NCBI GenBank assembly: GCA_026387405.1
Contig: JAPLLV010000025.1
Location: forward strand, 44,009 to 108,008
Length of the DNA stretch: 64,000 bases
Source of the DNA: Candidatus Omnitrophota bacterium
Lineage (GTDB): Bacteria; Omnitrophota; Gorgyraeia; Gygaellales; Profunditerraquicolaceae
Direction: 5' to 3'
Position numbers and translations under genes: made by a program. The notes beneath the pieces are model-generated. The model did not search any database. It was given only the letters and a program-made list of their open reading frames with translations, and was not told the origin of the DNA. Position 1 is the stretch's first letter, and every line of letters begins with the position of its first letter. Positions 10,524 to 20,982 of this stretch are shown piece by piece.

Positions 10524-11929
10524 AATTTTCGCATTTTAAGATATTTTCGCGAAGGAATCTGTTGATTCTGATCGTGGGTTTTTTTGTTCTGAATAATCTC
10601 ATATGGTGGAACTATAATAAGTTCATCCAGGGGCCTGACGAAGGCAAGCATCTCTTTCTCAGCGTCCTTAATCTGAAGAGGTACCCGGAGCAGATTTTCT
10701 TTAACTTCGCACCTTTTGAGACACCCCTTTATTATCTCACCGCAGATATTTTCTACAAGATCCTGCACAGTACCTCCTACCATGTTTCTATGTTGAATAA
10801 TATCTTCTATATGATACTGCTTTTAGCGGGTGTAAGCAGGTTGGAGCGGATTTTTCTGGGTACCTCAGGGTTGTTATCCCCAATCTTCTTAATGTTTATT
10901 CCCCAATTGGCGGTCCATTCAAGGTTCTTTAACCCGGATATCGCTTTATGCGCGATAATTGCCTGGTTAGCGTATTCTTTAAAAAAATTGTATGATGAAC
11001 CCAGGCTGCTATATTTTTTCATGAGTTTGTTATTCATATCTTTAGGCTCATATACAAAAATTTCATTTTTAGCCTTTTGCGTTCCGCTCATATTGTATTA
11101 CCTATTCCTTTCCCTTAAGAATAAGCAACTCATTAAGGTGCGCTATATCTTTATCTTGGCAGCTATGCAATTTATTGTATTCTATGCGTTTTATCCAGGG
11201 ATAGTAAATCACCTGAGCTGGTACGGCAAAGCAAAGGTATTTGGCACCCAATATGGAGGGGGCGCATCGCCATTTGTCATCCCCTTTAAATATTATGAGA
11301 AAGGTCTTTCTGGAAAGATCCAGGAAGAGTTGTTCTTGATCCTTAACTCCCGCCTCGGTTTAGTAATGTTTGTTTTCTTTATCTTCTCTATCATAGCGCT
11401 AATGGTTTCTCGAATGAAAAGACAGGATAAGGGGTGCATAATTACTTTTTTTATCGGGAGCCTGCTGGTTTTTACTCTCGGCACTTACTTGTACCTTGAG
11501 GATCGCTATCTTATACCCCTGGCTGTCTTTGAGTCTATTGTTATCGCCTACGGAGTCAACTTCTTGTTTAGAAAAAGAATTGTTTATAAATCAATCGCCA
11601 TAGTTTTCCTGTGTCTTTGTCTGGCGCAATATTACGGAATATCTTATTCGAAACGGTTCATAGAGCATTTTTCAAAGTTTAGGATTTTTAACACAGTGGT
11701 AAATCTAACTTATTATCCGTATACTTCTCAGAATAGAATTATTTGGGGCTTGCCCTATCCCGATAATCCCGCCGAGAGGATAGTTTCTATAATGCAAGAT
11801 AATTTTAAAAAAGGCATAGATTATAAAGTTTATTTTCTGGATACGTACATTTCGGATGACTATACGAAGAGTTCTTTCGCCTTTTTCCTTTCCAACAGGG
11901 TTAATTACTCTCCTGCGTGCAGAAAATAG
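10520..11929 (+). CDS. GT-C-fold membrane glycosyltransferase (ArnT/PMT_2-like)
   Basis: Polytopic membrane protein with an acidic DE-containing first periplasmic loop (GPDEGKHL), as in ArnT/PMT. Confidence 0.6.
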   Translation: MKFSHFKIFSRRNLLILIVGFFVLNNLIWWNYNKFIQGPDEGKHLFLSVLNLKRYPEQIFFNFAPFETPLYYLTADIFYKILHSTSYHVSMLNNIFYMILLLAGVSRLERIFLGTSGLLSPIFLMFIPQLAVHSRFFNPDIALCAIIAWLAYSLKKLYDEPRLLYFFMSLLFISLGSYTKISFLAFCVPLILYYLFLSLKNKQLIKVRYIFILAAMQFIVFYAFYPGIVNHLSWYGKAKVFGTQYGGGASPFVIPFKYYEKGLSGKIQEELFLILNSRLGLVMFVFFIFSIIALMVSRMKRQDKGCIITFFIGSLLVFTLGTYLYLEDRYLIPLAVFESIVIAYGVNFLFRKRIVYKSIAIVFLCLCLAQYYGISYSKRFIEHFSKFRIFNTVVNLTYYPYTSQNRIIWGLPYPDNPAERIVSIMQDNFKKGIDYKVYFLDTYISDDYTKSSFAFFLSNRVNYSPACRK

Positions 11930-12692
11930 CGATTGTTGCTCTGCATTTAAAGAAGCAAAGCTAATCCCCCTAGAGGATAAAGAGCTTTTTAGCGAATTCT
12001 GTGAGAATGCCAAGTTCCAATTCTTTAAGAAATTATCTATTTATAATCCTGTTGCCGAAAAAGAAGAGAGCTTTATCCTTTATATCAGGAAAAACAGGAA
12101 TTTCTTTAGCGAGGAGACTCGTAAGTTGGCGAAGATCTTTAAGGGTTTTAAGCTTTTTGTAGTGCTTAAGGATAATACCATATTGGATATAAACAGGTCC
12201 TGCGAATTCAGGCGTAACGGAGAAGATTTCTCTATCGAATGGCCGGGGAGCAGGTTTTCAATTAAGGGTAGAATTGAATCCGGTGGTGATAGGGGCCTAG
12301 GATTTATTTTCTACTCCGATAGGATAAATGATATTAAGTTGATCCAGATGGCCGTGTCCGTATTCTCCGACCGGAATTTTTATTTCAATGAGAACGGGAG
12401 CTTCAGGCTGCTGGAAGGGAAGCTTGAGGTGCCTACCCTTATGAGTAATAACAGGTTTTCCGAGGGATTAAGAACCTCAGGCATAACTAAATACTTTACA
12501 TATGAACCGCGTATTCCTTACGATGACTATTTCTCGCAGATTGAATTCGTAAACAAAGAGGAGATAGACCTGGTATATGGCTTGAGGCCTTCTGTTGCCG
12601 CCAAGAGCCCGGGGGAGTTGTTTTCGATACGCATCAGTGACACCCTAAGCGATAAAGGCGTCTCTAAACCATGGGGGACTGTCAAACCGTGA
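11856..12692 (+). CDS. hypothetical soluble protein (start uncertain)
   Basis: 278 aa ORF with ATG at 11856 that overlaps the upstream gene by 74 nt. No alternative start lies just after the upstream stop. No family recognised. Confidence 0.35.
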   Translation: MTIRRVLSPFSFPTGLITLLRAENSDCCSAFKEAKLIPLEDKELFSEFCENAKFQFFKKLSIYNPVAEKEESFILYIRKNRNFFSEETRKLAKIFKGFKLFVVLKDNTILDINRSCEFRRNGEDFSIEWPGSRFSIKGRIESGGDRGLGFIFYSDRINDIKLIQMAVSVFSDRNFYFNENGSFRLLEGKLEVPTLMSNNRFSEGLRTSGITKYFTYEPRIPYDDYFSQIEFVNKEEIDLVYGLRPSVAAKSPGELFSIRISDTLSDKGVSKPWGTVKP

Positions 12693-13789
12693 AGGTGATT
12701 TTTATTACCCGCGAAGGGTATCAGTTACCGGGTGCCAGGGTTAGGTGTTATAATTTTTCCAGGCAGCTTTCCCAGCGTGGATTGACTACGGAGGTGTTGT
12801 CATTCGCAGATACCCTGGGTGCAAAAGACGGTGCCTGGGAATCTCAGATGAGGGTGCGAGAAAAGATAAAATATAATTGGATAGCGTTTAAGAAGCTCGC
12901 ACGCGAAAAAAAATCAATTTTTTGCATACAACGTTTTAATTACCATGCTTTTGCGCCATATTTCGCGCATCTTTTAAATAATAATAGAATCATCCTTGAT
13001 CTGGATGATTGGGAGATGAGAGAGAGGCCTTGTTATTATTTAGGTTTTTACCCCAGTTCCAAGGCGCATTTTTTTACCAGGCATATAGCCAGAAGAAGCG
13101 TTTTCTGTATTGCCGCAAGCAGTTTCTTAAAGGATTTCCTTCTGCAGTTTAACAAGCGCGTATATTATATTCCTTCGGGAGTAGATACGGCATTGTTCAA
13201 ACCGTCTTTAAATGGCCTGGACAAGGAAAGAATAATCTTTTCCTGGATCGGCACATTTCATAAATTGGAGTATATCGAGAATATAAGGTTATCCCTCGAT
13301 TGCTTTATCAGGCTTAGGAAGAAATACGGTGAAATATATTTTGATATCGTCGGGGATGGGATCTACCGCGATTTGCTCGTTAGGGATATCGAAAAGATAA
13401 ACGATGCGCATGTCCAGCTTAAGGGTTGGATCGCGCCTGAAAAAATTCCCCAATATCTGGCCGGTGTCCATGTCGGGCTCCTGCCGGTTGCCCGGGACAC
13501 GAAATTTAATCGGGCTAAAAGTCCCACCAAGCTCTTTGAATACATGTCGATGTCCAAACCGATAATTGCCAGCAGGGTCGGCGAGGCAGCCCTGGTTATC
13601 AAAGACGGCTATAACGGATATTTAGCCGATGATAAAGAGCAGTTCATGGCCAGGATGCAGGAGTTGATTGATGACGAGTCCTCGCGTCAAAGAATGGGCG
13701 TTATGGCGCGCCAGAGCGTGGCGCAGGATTATTCTCTTGATGTATTAGGGGGGAAGCTGCGCGAAATATTTATGAAGATAAGTGTTTGA
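12671..13789 (+). CDS. GT4 (GT-B fold) glycosyltransferase
   Basis: C-terminal EX7E-type motif region (KLFEYMSMSKPIIASRVGEAALVIKDGYNGYL). Confidence 0.8.
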   Translation: MGDCQTVKVIFITREGYQLPGARVRCYNFSRQLSQRGLTTEVLSFADTLGAKDGAWESQMRVREKIKYNWIAFKKLAREKKSIFCIQRFNYHAFAPYFAHLLNNNRIILDLDDWEMRERPCYYLGFYPSSKAHFFTRHIARRSVFCIAASSFLKDFLLQFNKRVYYIPSGVDTALFKPSLNGLDKERIIFSWIGTFHKLEYIENIRLSLDCFIRLRKKYGEIYFDIVGDGIYRDLLVRDIEKINDAHVQLKGWIAPEKIPQYLAGVHVGLLPVARDTKFNRAKSPTKLFEYMSMSKPIIASRVGEAALVIKDGYNGYLADDKEQFMARMQELIDDESSRQRMGVMARQSVAQDYSLDVLGGKLREIFMKISV

Positions 13790-14642
13790 TATCTCAATAG
13801 TTGTAGTAACCTTTAATAGCGAGGAGTTCATTATCCCCTGCCTGGATTCACTCTTTATGCGGGAAGGCCTGGGGCTTGAAGTCATAGTAGTAGACAATGG
13901 TTCCCGGGATAACACCTTAAGTTTGATCAGGGATAAATATCCCCAAACCAAAGTCATTGTCAACGAGCAAAATTTAGGCCCCTGCAAGGCAAGGAATCAG
14001 GGTATTGAGATCAGCTCAGGGAAGTGGGTATTAGTTTTAGACAGCGATGTCGTGCTGGATGAGTCTTTTTTCCAGAATATAAAACGGATACTGACTGAGA
14101 TCCCTCTAGATGTGGGGATGATCCAACCGAAGATATTGAACGTCGATAAAACGACCATATATTCCACGGGTATTTTTTTGTCATTTTTGAGAAGATTTCA
14201 TGATGTGGGGCAAGGCCAGGCGGATTCCGGGAAATTTAACAATGCCGGATATATTTTTGGAGCCTGTTCGGCTGCGGCGCTTTACCGCCGAGTGATGCTC
14301 CAGCAATTGAAGGAAAAAACAGGTTATTTTGATGAGAGATTCTTCTTTTTGGTGGAAGACGTAGACCTTGCCTGGAGGGCGCGCATGCTGGGCTGGAAGG
14401 CTTTTTTTTCACCGCAGGCAACCTGTTTCCATAAGGGGAACAGTTCATCCACCGGGAAAAAATTAAGACAATACCTATGCCTTCGTAATCGCTACTACAC
14501 GATAATAAAAAATGAAGGCTTTGCGCGTTATGCAATAAAGATTCTCCCATTACTATGTTACGATATACCCAGATTCTTTTATTTAGTGGTTACCAATCCA
14601 TATTTATTTCTATATGCCAGGCCTTTCCGTCATCGTTCCTAG
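13782..14642 (+). CDS. GT2 glycosyltransferase
   Basis: ISIVVVTFNSEEFI…VVDNGSRDNT…DSDV. Paralogue of the 33951 ORF. Confidence 0.75.
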   Translation: MFDISIVVVTFNSEEFIIPCLDSLFMREGLGLEVIVVDNGSRDNTLSLIRDKYPQTKVIVNEQNLGPCKARNQGIEISSGKWVLVLDSDVVLDESFFQNIKRILTEIPLDVGMIQPKILNVDKTTIYSTGIFLSFLRRFHDVGQGQADSGKFNNAGYIFGACSAAALYRRVMLQQLKEKTGYFDERFFFLVEDVDLAWRARMLGWKAFFSPQATCFHKGNSSSTGKKLRQYLCLRNRYYTIIKNEGFARYAIKILPLLCYDIPRFFYLVVTNPYLFLYARPFRHRS

Positions 14643-15612
14643 CTATAACAGTGAAAAGTCCATTGGTAGAACCCTTGCGGCGATAAGAGGGTCTTCGTAT
14701 GGCCAATATGAATTAATCGTCGTAGACGACGGCAGCAGCGACCAGACTGCCCTGATTGCAGAGAAATACGCGGATAAACTTATCAGGCTTCCCTGTAATT
14801 CGGGGAAGAACAACGCGCGCAGAAAGGGCCTCGGGGCCGCCAGTGCAGAGATAATAGTCAACATAGATTCCGATGTTGTTGTTAGGCCCGATACCTTGGC
14901 TAATATATCTAATTACTTTAGCGAACACCCCGAGACCGGCGCTATAACGGGGCTGTTTTCTAAGCATCATCCCAACGATGATTTCTTCAGCCAGTACAAA
15001 AATCTTTACATGCATTACATTTTCAAAAGATTGCCGGAAAAGGTTACCTTTTTATTCGGATCGATCTACGCCATACGCAAGGAGTCGGCAGTTATTTGCA
15101 ATAATCATTACAAGTTCGGCGAAGATACTGCCTATGGGCAGCAGCTGGTTTCTTGCGGAAGACAGATAGCTTTTTTAAACGACCTGGAAGTGACCCACCT
15201 TAAGAAATATAATTTTTTCTCATTGTTAAAAAATGATTTCCGGATTGCTTTTTATTGGGCAAATATTCTTATAAAATATAAAGGATGGGAACAATTGGGA
15301 AAAAATAAGATAGGTTTTGCCCATTCTCCCGTTGAGCAATTGATAAGCGTTGTCCTGGCATTTTTAATATCCTTGTGCGTCTTTGTGCCTTTATTGAGAA
15401 ACCTCAAATTTTTAGCGGCTTCTTTTTGCCTGGTTATCTTATGGCTCGTCCTTAATTTAAGGTTCTTTTGGTTTTTGTTTAGGGAAAAAGGCTTGCTGTT
15501 TATTCTGGGTTCCATTTTTTTAACTTTTTTGGATAACATTGTCATGGCATCAGGGATAATATTGGGTCTGGTGTTCGGATTAACTTCTTTTTTCCGCGAT
15601 GATAAAGAATAA
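14614..15612 (+). CDS. GT2 glycosyltransferase with C-terminal TM helices
   Basis: LSVIVPSYNSEKSI…VVDDGSSDQT…DSDV, followed by four hydrophobic helices. Confidence 0.75.
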   Translation: MPGLSVIVPSYNSEKSIGRTLAAIRGSSYGQYELIVVDDGSSDQTALIAEKYADKLIRLPCNSGKNNARRKGLGAASAEIIVNIDSDVVVRPDTLANISNYFSEHPETGAITGLFSKHHPNDDFFSQYKNLYMHYIFKRLPEKVTFLFGSIYAIRKESAVICNNHYKFGEDTAYGQQLVSCGRQIAFLNDLEVTHLKKYNFFSLLKNDFRIAFYWANILIKYKGWEQLGKNKIGFAHSPVEQLISVVLAFLISLCVFVPLLRNLKFLAASFCLVILWLVLNLRFFWFLFREKGLLFILGSIFLTFLDNIVMASGIILGLVFGLTSFFRDDKE

Positions 15613-17105
15613 GTATTATCTGGCCCTTTTTTTGCTTATAGCATTTCACTTAGTGAATAACTATATCTGGATAAAAAAAGATGCCGAAAGCCTGGGGTGG
15701 GATGTCTGTCATCACGTAGATATCACTGTCTCTGTGCACCATGAATTAAAGGAGGTTATTCTTGCGAAGATGCCATTATACCAGAAGGCATCTCAGATAG
15801 CCCGCATCTTTACATCAGGCAGGTTAGAGTGGCCAAGGTTTGTGCATTTTTTTGCCGCAGCGATCTCTCTGCCGGCGCAAGACATGCTTTTTTCTTTCCG
15901 CTTTACGAATATATTCTACCTTTTAATCATGATCATAAGTGTTTATCTAATAGGCACGCTTATCAGCGGCCCTCAGGCCGGGGTACTTTCCGCGGCGTTG
16001 GTTTCATTTTACCCGGGCCTGTTTCAAAATTCACGTAAATTCGGCCTGGATTTTCCTTTGGCGGCCGTAGTATGCCTATCTATTTATTTACTTTTGGCCT
16101 CAAATCAATTCAGGGAACGAAGATACAGCTTATTATTTGGCATAGTAACCGGTATAGGGGCATTGATTAAGGGGCAGATCCTTGTCTATGTATCAGCGCC
16201 CGTGCTTTATTCGTTCTTCCTCATATTCAAAGAGAGGCGCGCCCTCCCCTCCGGCACGCTAAAGAATATTTTAATGTCCGCAATAAGTTTCACGGCGATA
16301 GCGCTTATCTGGTGGCACAGGGTATTTTCTCATGAGATGGTATTTGCCCTCGATAAGCATATGGCGTGGGGGTCTTTTCCTGAACCAATACCCAGTCCAT
16401 TGCTCGAAAGATTTCAAGGGTTTATAACAGATACTTATCTGAATATTTCTCCTGCCCTTTTCTGGGTGTTTATCGCCCTATAACTACAGATATACCTATC
16501 CTATCTTTGGGTCTATTGCGTTGATTTCAGTTATCGGGCTGTCGGAATTGCCGCTAAAAAAATCAGTTCGGTTTTCCATGTTCTGGTTGATTATATGCTT
16601 TTCGTGTTTTCAATTTTTTCATATAAGCTATTTCAGGATTATAAGGCGATCCCAGGCAGCTACAGAGTGGTCGCACCCTCCGAGAAATAATAATCACAGG
16701 CAGATTGTCAGGATGTTTAATGAAGAGATAGAGAAATCTTCGGTCTCCCTGCGGAATGTCGGGATTATCGAAGAGAGATACATGAACGGCGACCGCTGCG
16801 TAAGATTGGGTTATTTTTTGAAGGTCCTGGATAGACATAATCTTGTGTCTTTGAGCGCGGGTGGGATTTACCCCTCAATGACAAAAGACGAATTTTTAAG
16901 AAGCGCACAGGACCTGCAGTTTCTGATTGCTTTTTCTCAATCTGCGGCCGGCCCGGACCTCGCGGGACTTATGGATTTTTCTGAAGGAGGGCAGAGAGAT
17001 AAAGCCGCCAAGGCTGTAGCGTTATTTCGGGGATTTAAGATCGTAAGATCCGCTTTGCTTTTTCCTGAAGGGTTGCGCGTCTTCCTTCTAAAACGGGAGC
17101 AGTGA
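15599..17105 (+). pseudogene. GT-C membrane glycosyltransferase paralogue interrupted by a frameshift (15599-16483 in one frame; continues in another frame from about 16443 to 17105)
   Basis: The first ORF aligns with the N-terminal half of the 7335 protein. The downstream ORF aligns with the following part of that paralogue (LSELPLKKSVRFSMFWLIICFSCFQF vs FAGDRKKKLILIWIIFSYLFFTFCSLKV). The two frames overlap over 16443-16483. Confidence 0.5.
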
Positions 17106-17106
17106 A

Positions 17107-18669
17107 ATGAGCTATTCCGGCTCGATGAACAAAGGTTGGAGTGAAGAACCCGGGAAATCACGTTTGATTATACTGTTGATTTTTCTGCTGGCTTTATTCT
17201 TGAGGCTTTATGATCTGGGGGGAGAGAGCATTTGGCTTGATGAAGCCGCAAGTATCAGTTTTTCGAAAGGCACGTTATTTCAGGTAATCAACCGCATAAG
17301 CGGATTAACCTACAATATCTGCTTGTACTTTTGGATTAGGCTGTTCGGCTCTTCTGAAGTTTCTGCGCGTTTGCCTTCCGCGATATTCGGGTCTCTGGTA
17401 GTTTTTATGATTTATAAAGTAGGAAGGTCTCTTTTTAATAAAAAGACGGGAATGGCCAGTTCTTTATTGGCGGGCCTGTCTATTTTTTATATCCAATATT
17501 CACAGGAAGCCCGTTCCTATATTCTTACAACGCTATTGACATTAGTTTCGATGTATTTTTTTATCAGGTTGTTGGAAAAACGCAAACTCTGTATTTCAAT
17601 AGGCTATATGGTATCCAATATCCTCTTGTTATATGCACACCCCTTTGCTATTTTGATCCCTCTTGTACAGAACCTGTATTTTTTTACTTTATCACCAAGA
17701 TCAAACGGAAGAAAAGGGAATTCTCTTAAGATCTGGCTTTTTCTCCAGCTCCCGTTATTTATATACTTTTTCCAGGGTATCAGCAGTTACGTCGCGGTTT
17801 TTTATCGAGTAAAGGAAACCATGGTTGATTTATGGATACCCAGGCCCGCGCCCATATCTATCCTTGTTTCTTTTCTAGAATTTTCTGGGTCGCTGTCCCT
17901 GATGGTTTGTTTTTTTATTTCTTCGTTATTTTCATTGTTAATTTTTGAGAAAATAAGGGGAAAACTAAATTTTAAGATTATTCTCGGCTCATTAGCGGAT
18001 TTTAGATGGAACATGTACTTTTCCGATATCCAGAGTAATTATTTTCTGATTTTATGGCTATTTTTCCCCATACTTGCGCTCTTTATTTTCTCTGTTTTTT
18101 TTATACCATCATATTGGACGCGGTATCTAATAATCTCTTCGCCGGCTTTTTATTTACTTGCCGGGCATGGGATAAGTAATCTTAAGGACTTCTTTACTAA
18201 ACTGATCTTACTTACCGCTATTGTTGTTTTTTCATTAATAAATATCCATAGTTACTGGCGTGATGTCAATAAAGAGCCATGGAGGGATGCCGCCGGGTAT
18301 GTCCAAAGAAAAGCACTTCCTAAAGACTCCTTAATTTTTATCGCGCCTTACGCGAGATGCCCGTTTGATTATTATTTTACCAGGAAGGATGTGCAGGAAA
18401 TTGCTACTACTCCGGATCCGGGTTTTATTGCAATTACCGGAGAAAAAATAAGGCTTCTGAATGAGATTATAGGGGCAAAAGAAAGGGTTTGGGTGATACT
18501 GTACCATTATAGGGACCCCCGGGGGTTATTAAAAGAATACTTTAGCAGCCATTTTCAAATATCGGTTAAAAAAGATTATAGTCGCGCGCGGTTTCTAAAT
18601 CTTAAATTCCAGAATTTTATTAACACTCAAGAGATCGCCATAGAGGTCTATTTGTTGAAGAAAAAGTGA
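17107..18669 (+). CDS. GT-C-fold membrane glycosyltransferase (ArnT/PMT_2-like)
   Basis: N-terminus LRLYDLGGESIWLDEAASISF matches the ArnT/PMT_2 loop-1 DE motif. About 12 TM helices and a C-terminal soluble domain. Confidence 0.7.
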   Translation: MSYSGSMNKGWSEEPGKSRLIILLIFLLALFLRLYDLGGESIWLDEAASISFSKGTLFQVINRISGLTYNICLYFWIRLFGSSEVSARLPSAIFGSLVVFMIYKVGRSLFNKKTGMASSLLAGLSIFYIQYSQEARSYILTTLLTLVSMYFFIRLLEKRKLCISIGYMVSNILLLYAHPFAILIPLVQNLYFFTLSPRSNGRKGNSLKIWLFLQLPLFIYFFQGISSYVAVFYRVKETMVDLWIPRPAPISILVSFLEFSGSLSLMVCFFISSLFSLLIFEKIRGKLNFKIILGSLADFRWNMYFSDIQSNYFLILWLFFPILALFIFSVFFIPSYWTRYLIISSPAFYLLAGHGISNLKDFFTKLILLTAIVVFSLINIHSYWRDVNKEPWRDAAGYVQRKALPKDSLIFIAPYARCPFDYYFTRKDVQEIATTPDPGFIAITGEKIRLLNEIIGAKERVWVILYHYRDPRGLLKEYFSSHFQISVKKDYSRARFLNLKFQNFINTQEIAIEVYLLKKK

Positions 18670-18681
18670 TATAAATATCGC

Positions 18682-20091
18682 ATGCCTAAAGAAAAAATAA
18701 TTATTATTGGATCGGGCCCGGCGGGGATGGCTTGCGCTTTTACTCTTTCAAAATCAGCCCGCCCATGCGTTATCATAGAAAGGGATGATGCCCCCGGAGG
18801 ATTCTGCCAAACAGTCGATTTTTATAATTATCTTTTTGATATCGGGGGACACCGCTTTATATCTAAATCAGAAGAGATCAAACGATTATGGCAAGATGTC
18901 ATGGGCGATGACTTGCTGAAGGTAAAAAGGGTATCCAGGATATATTACAGGAAACGCTATTTTAATTACCCGTTGTCATTCGGCAATACGTTTTATAATC
19001 TGAATCCTTTAGAGGGTTTTTATTGCGTTATCAGCTATTTAAAATCAAAGTACTTCAATAATAACAAGGAAAATACGGTGGAAGAATGGATTGTCAGCCG
19101 TTTTGGTAAACGGCTATTCCAAATCTTTTTTAAGACTTACACGGAGAAAGTATGGGGCGTGGCATGCCAGAATATCTCTGCTGATTGGGCAAAACAAAGG
19201 ATACGCGGTTTATCTCTGAGAGTGGCAATGCAAAAGGCGATCTTCAGGATGGCGAAAAATACCCCAAAGACGCTCAGCGAAGAATTTTATTATCCCAAGC
19301 GGGGACCGGGAGAATTCTATCGCAGATTAAAGGATTTTTCCTCGGGCAAGGGATCGCAGTTTATTTTTGGCAAAGAGGTGGTAAGTATCGCCCATGCCTC
19401 CGGGAAAATCACCGCAGTTTTTTGGGAAGATAAAAGCCATGGGCAGCGATTAGAAATGCCCGTAGATTACTTATTTTCCAGCATGCCCTTGCCCCTCCTT
19501 GTTAAATCATTGCAACCTGCCGCTCCGGATTATGTTTTACAGGCAGCGGGTAAGCTGAAATTCAGGAGTTTTATCGCTGTGAATATCATCCTAGATAGGG
19601 CAGAAATTTTTTCTGACCAGTGGTTGTATATACATTCTCCAGAAGTAAAATTAGCCCGCGTTCAGAATTATAAAAATTGGAGCCCTCATATGGTGGAAGA
19701 TCCAAATAAAACTACTCTGGGGCTTGAGTATTTTTGTGATGAAGAAGACCGGATCTGGAAGATGAATGACGTTGATTTGATCGGATATGCGGTGGAGGAG
19801 CTTGAAAGGATCGGGATCACCTCTCGCCGGCATCTCATTAATGCCTTCGTGGTGCGCCGAACGTACGCTTATCCTATTTACTATCTGGATTATCAAGAGA
19901 ATGTCAAAATATTGAGAGATTATCTGTCGCAATTCTCGAATATGCAGACTATGGGTAGAAGCGGATTATTCTGTTACGACAATTCCGACCACGCATTATT
20001 GACCGGTATTTACGCCGCAAGAAATTTTTTGGGGGATGGATATTTTGACGTATGGTCGGTTAATACTGACGAGCGTTATCTTGAGTCTTAA
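18682..20091 (+). CDS. FAD/NAD(P)-binding oxidoreductase (amine-oxidase / UDP-galactopyranose-mutase-like fold)
   Basis: N-terminal Rossmann dinucleotide motif IIIGSGPAGMACAF…ERDDAPGG. Confidence 0.6.
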   Translation: MPKEKIIIIGSGPAGMACAFTLSKSARPCVIIERDDAPGGFCQTVDFYNYLFDIGGHRFISKSEEIKRLWQDVMGDDLLKVKRVSRIYYRKRYFNYPLSFGNTFYNLNPLEGFYCVISYLKSKYFNNNKENTVEEWIVSRFGKRLFQIFFKTYTEKVWGVACQNISADWAKQRIRGLSLRVAMQKAIFRMAKNTPKTLSEEFYYPKRGPGEFYRRLKDFSSGKGSQFIFGKEVVSIAHASGKITAVFWEDKSHGQRLEMPVDYLFSSMPLPLLVKSLQPAAPDYVLQAAGKLKFRSFIAVNIILDRAEIFSDQWLYIHSPEVKLARVQNYKNWSPHMVEDPNKTTLGLEYFCDEEDRIWKMNDVDLIGYAVEELERIGITSRRHLINAFVVRRTYAYPIYYLDYQENVKILRDYLSQFSNMQTMGRSGLFCYDNSDHALLTGIYAARNFLGDGYFDVWSVNTDERYLES

Positions 20092-20102
20092 GGGGTGAAA
20101 AA

Positions 20103-20978
20103 ATGGTTTTTTCCGTAATCGTGCCGTTCTTAAATGAGGCATTATACATCAGAGACTGTGCGGATTCTTTGTTGAGGCAGGATTTCGATAAGAGCCAGTA
20201 TGAGATCATTTTTATCGATAACGGCTCAACGGATAGGTCGCTTGAGATATTACGCGCCTTCTCCGGAATAACGGTCCTCCGGGAAAACAAGAAATATGAG
20301 TTTGCTGCGCGCAATACAGGCATGCGTGCGGCCAAAGGCAAAATTTTCGCCTGCACCAATGCCGATTGCGTGGCTTCTTGCGACTGGCTCAGCCAGATTT
20401 ATCGCGGGATTACGGAGGAAGATGTATCCATTGTATTAGGAAGGATAGAGTTTGCATCAAAGGATAAATTTCTATTGGGGATGTTCGAAGATTACGAAGC
20501 CATAAAGCTGCAATACGTTTTTAATAATTGCGGAAGAAGGTATCTATTTGCCAATGCGAATAATATGGCCGTTAAAGCCGAGGTATTCAAAAAGGTAGGG
20601 CCTTTTGTTGATTGGCATAGAGGAGGAGACACGGAATTGTTGCATCGATATCTCTCGTTTGATCCCGGGGCAAAGGTGAAATACTTACCCAATATGAACA
20701 TAGAGCATAGGGAGATAACGACTACGTTCATGTGGCTTAAGAAAATAAGCGTCAACGCCGAAAACAATAAAATAGTTGAAGTGCAGAATGATTATAGGGC
20801 TCTTGGTAGCAGGGTTAAGCTCGAGGTATATAAATGTTGTTCCAGAATTAATAATTACGGATTATTTAAGAGAACCGTTTTATTTATTTTGTTGATAGTC
20901 GGAAATTTGTTTTATAAGTTGGGGGAGCTAAGGGGATACTATAAAGCCCATTTTTTATATAAGATTAACAACCGTTAA
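20103..20978 (+). CDS. GT2 glycosyltransferase
   Basis: FSVIVPFLNEALYI…IFIDNGSTDRS. Confidence 0.75.
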   Translation: MVFSVIVPFLNEALYIRDCADSLLRQDFDKSQYEIIFIDNGSTDRSLEILRAFSGITVLRENKKYEFAARNTGMRAAKGKIFACTNADCVASCDWLSQIYRGITEEDVSIVLGRIEFASKDKFLLGMFEDYEAIKLQYVFNNCGRRYLFANANNMAVKAEVFKKVGPFVDWHRGGDTELLHRYLSFDPGAKVKYLPNMNIEHREITTTFMWLKKISVNAENNKIVEVQNDYRALGSRVKLEVYKCCSRINNYGLFKRTVLFILLIVGNLFYKLGELRGYYKAHFLYKINNR

Positions 20979-20982
20979 GAAT

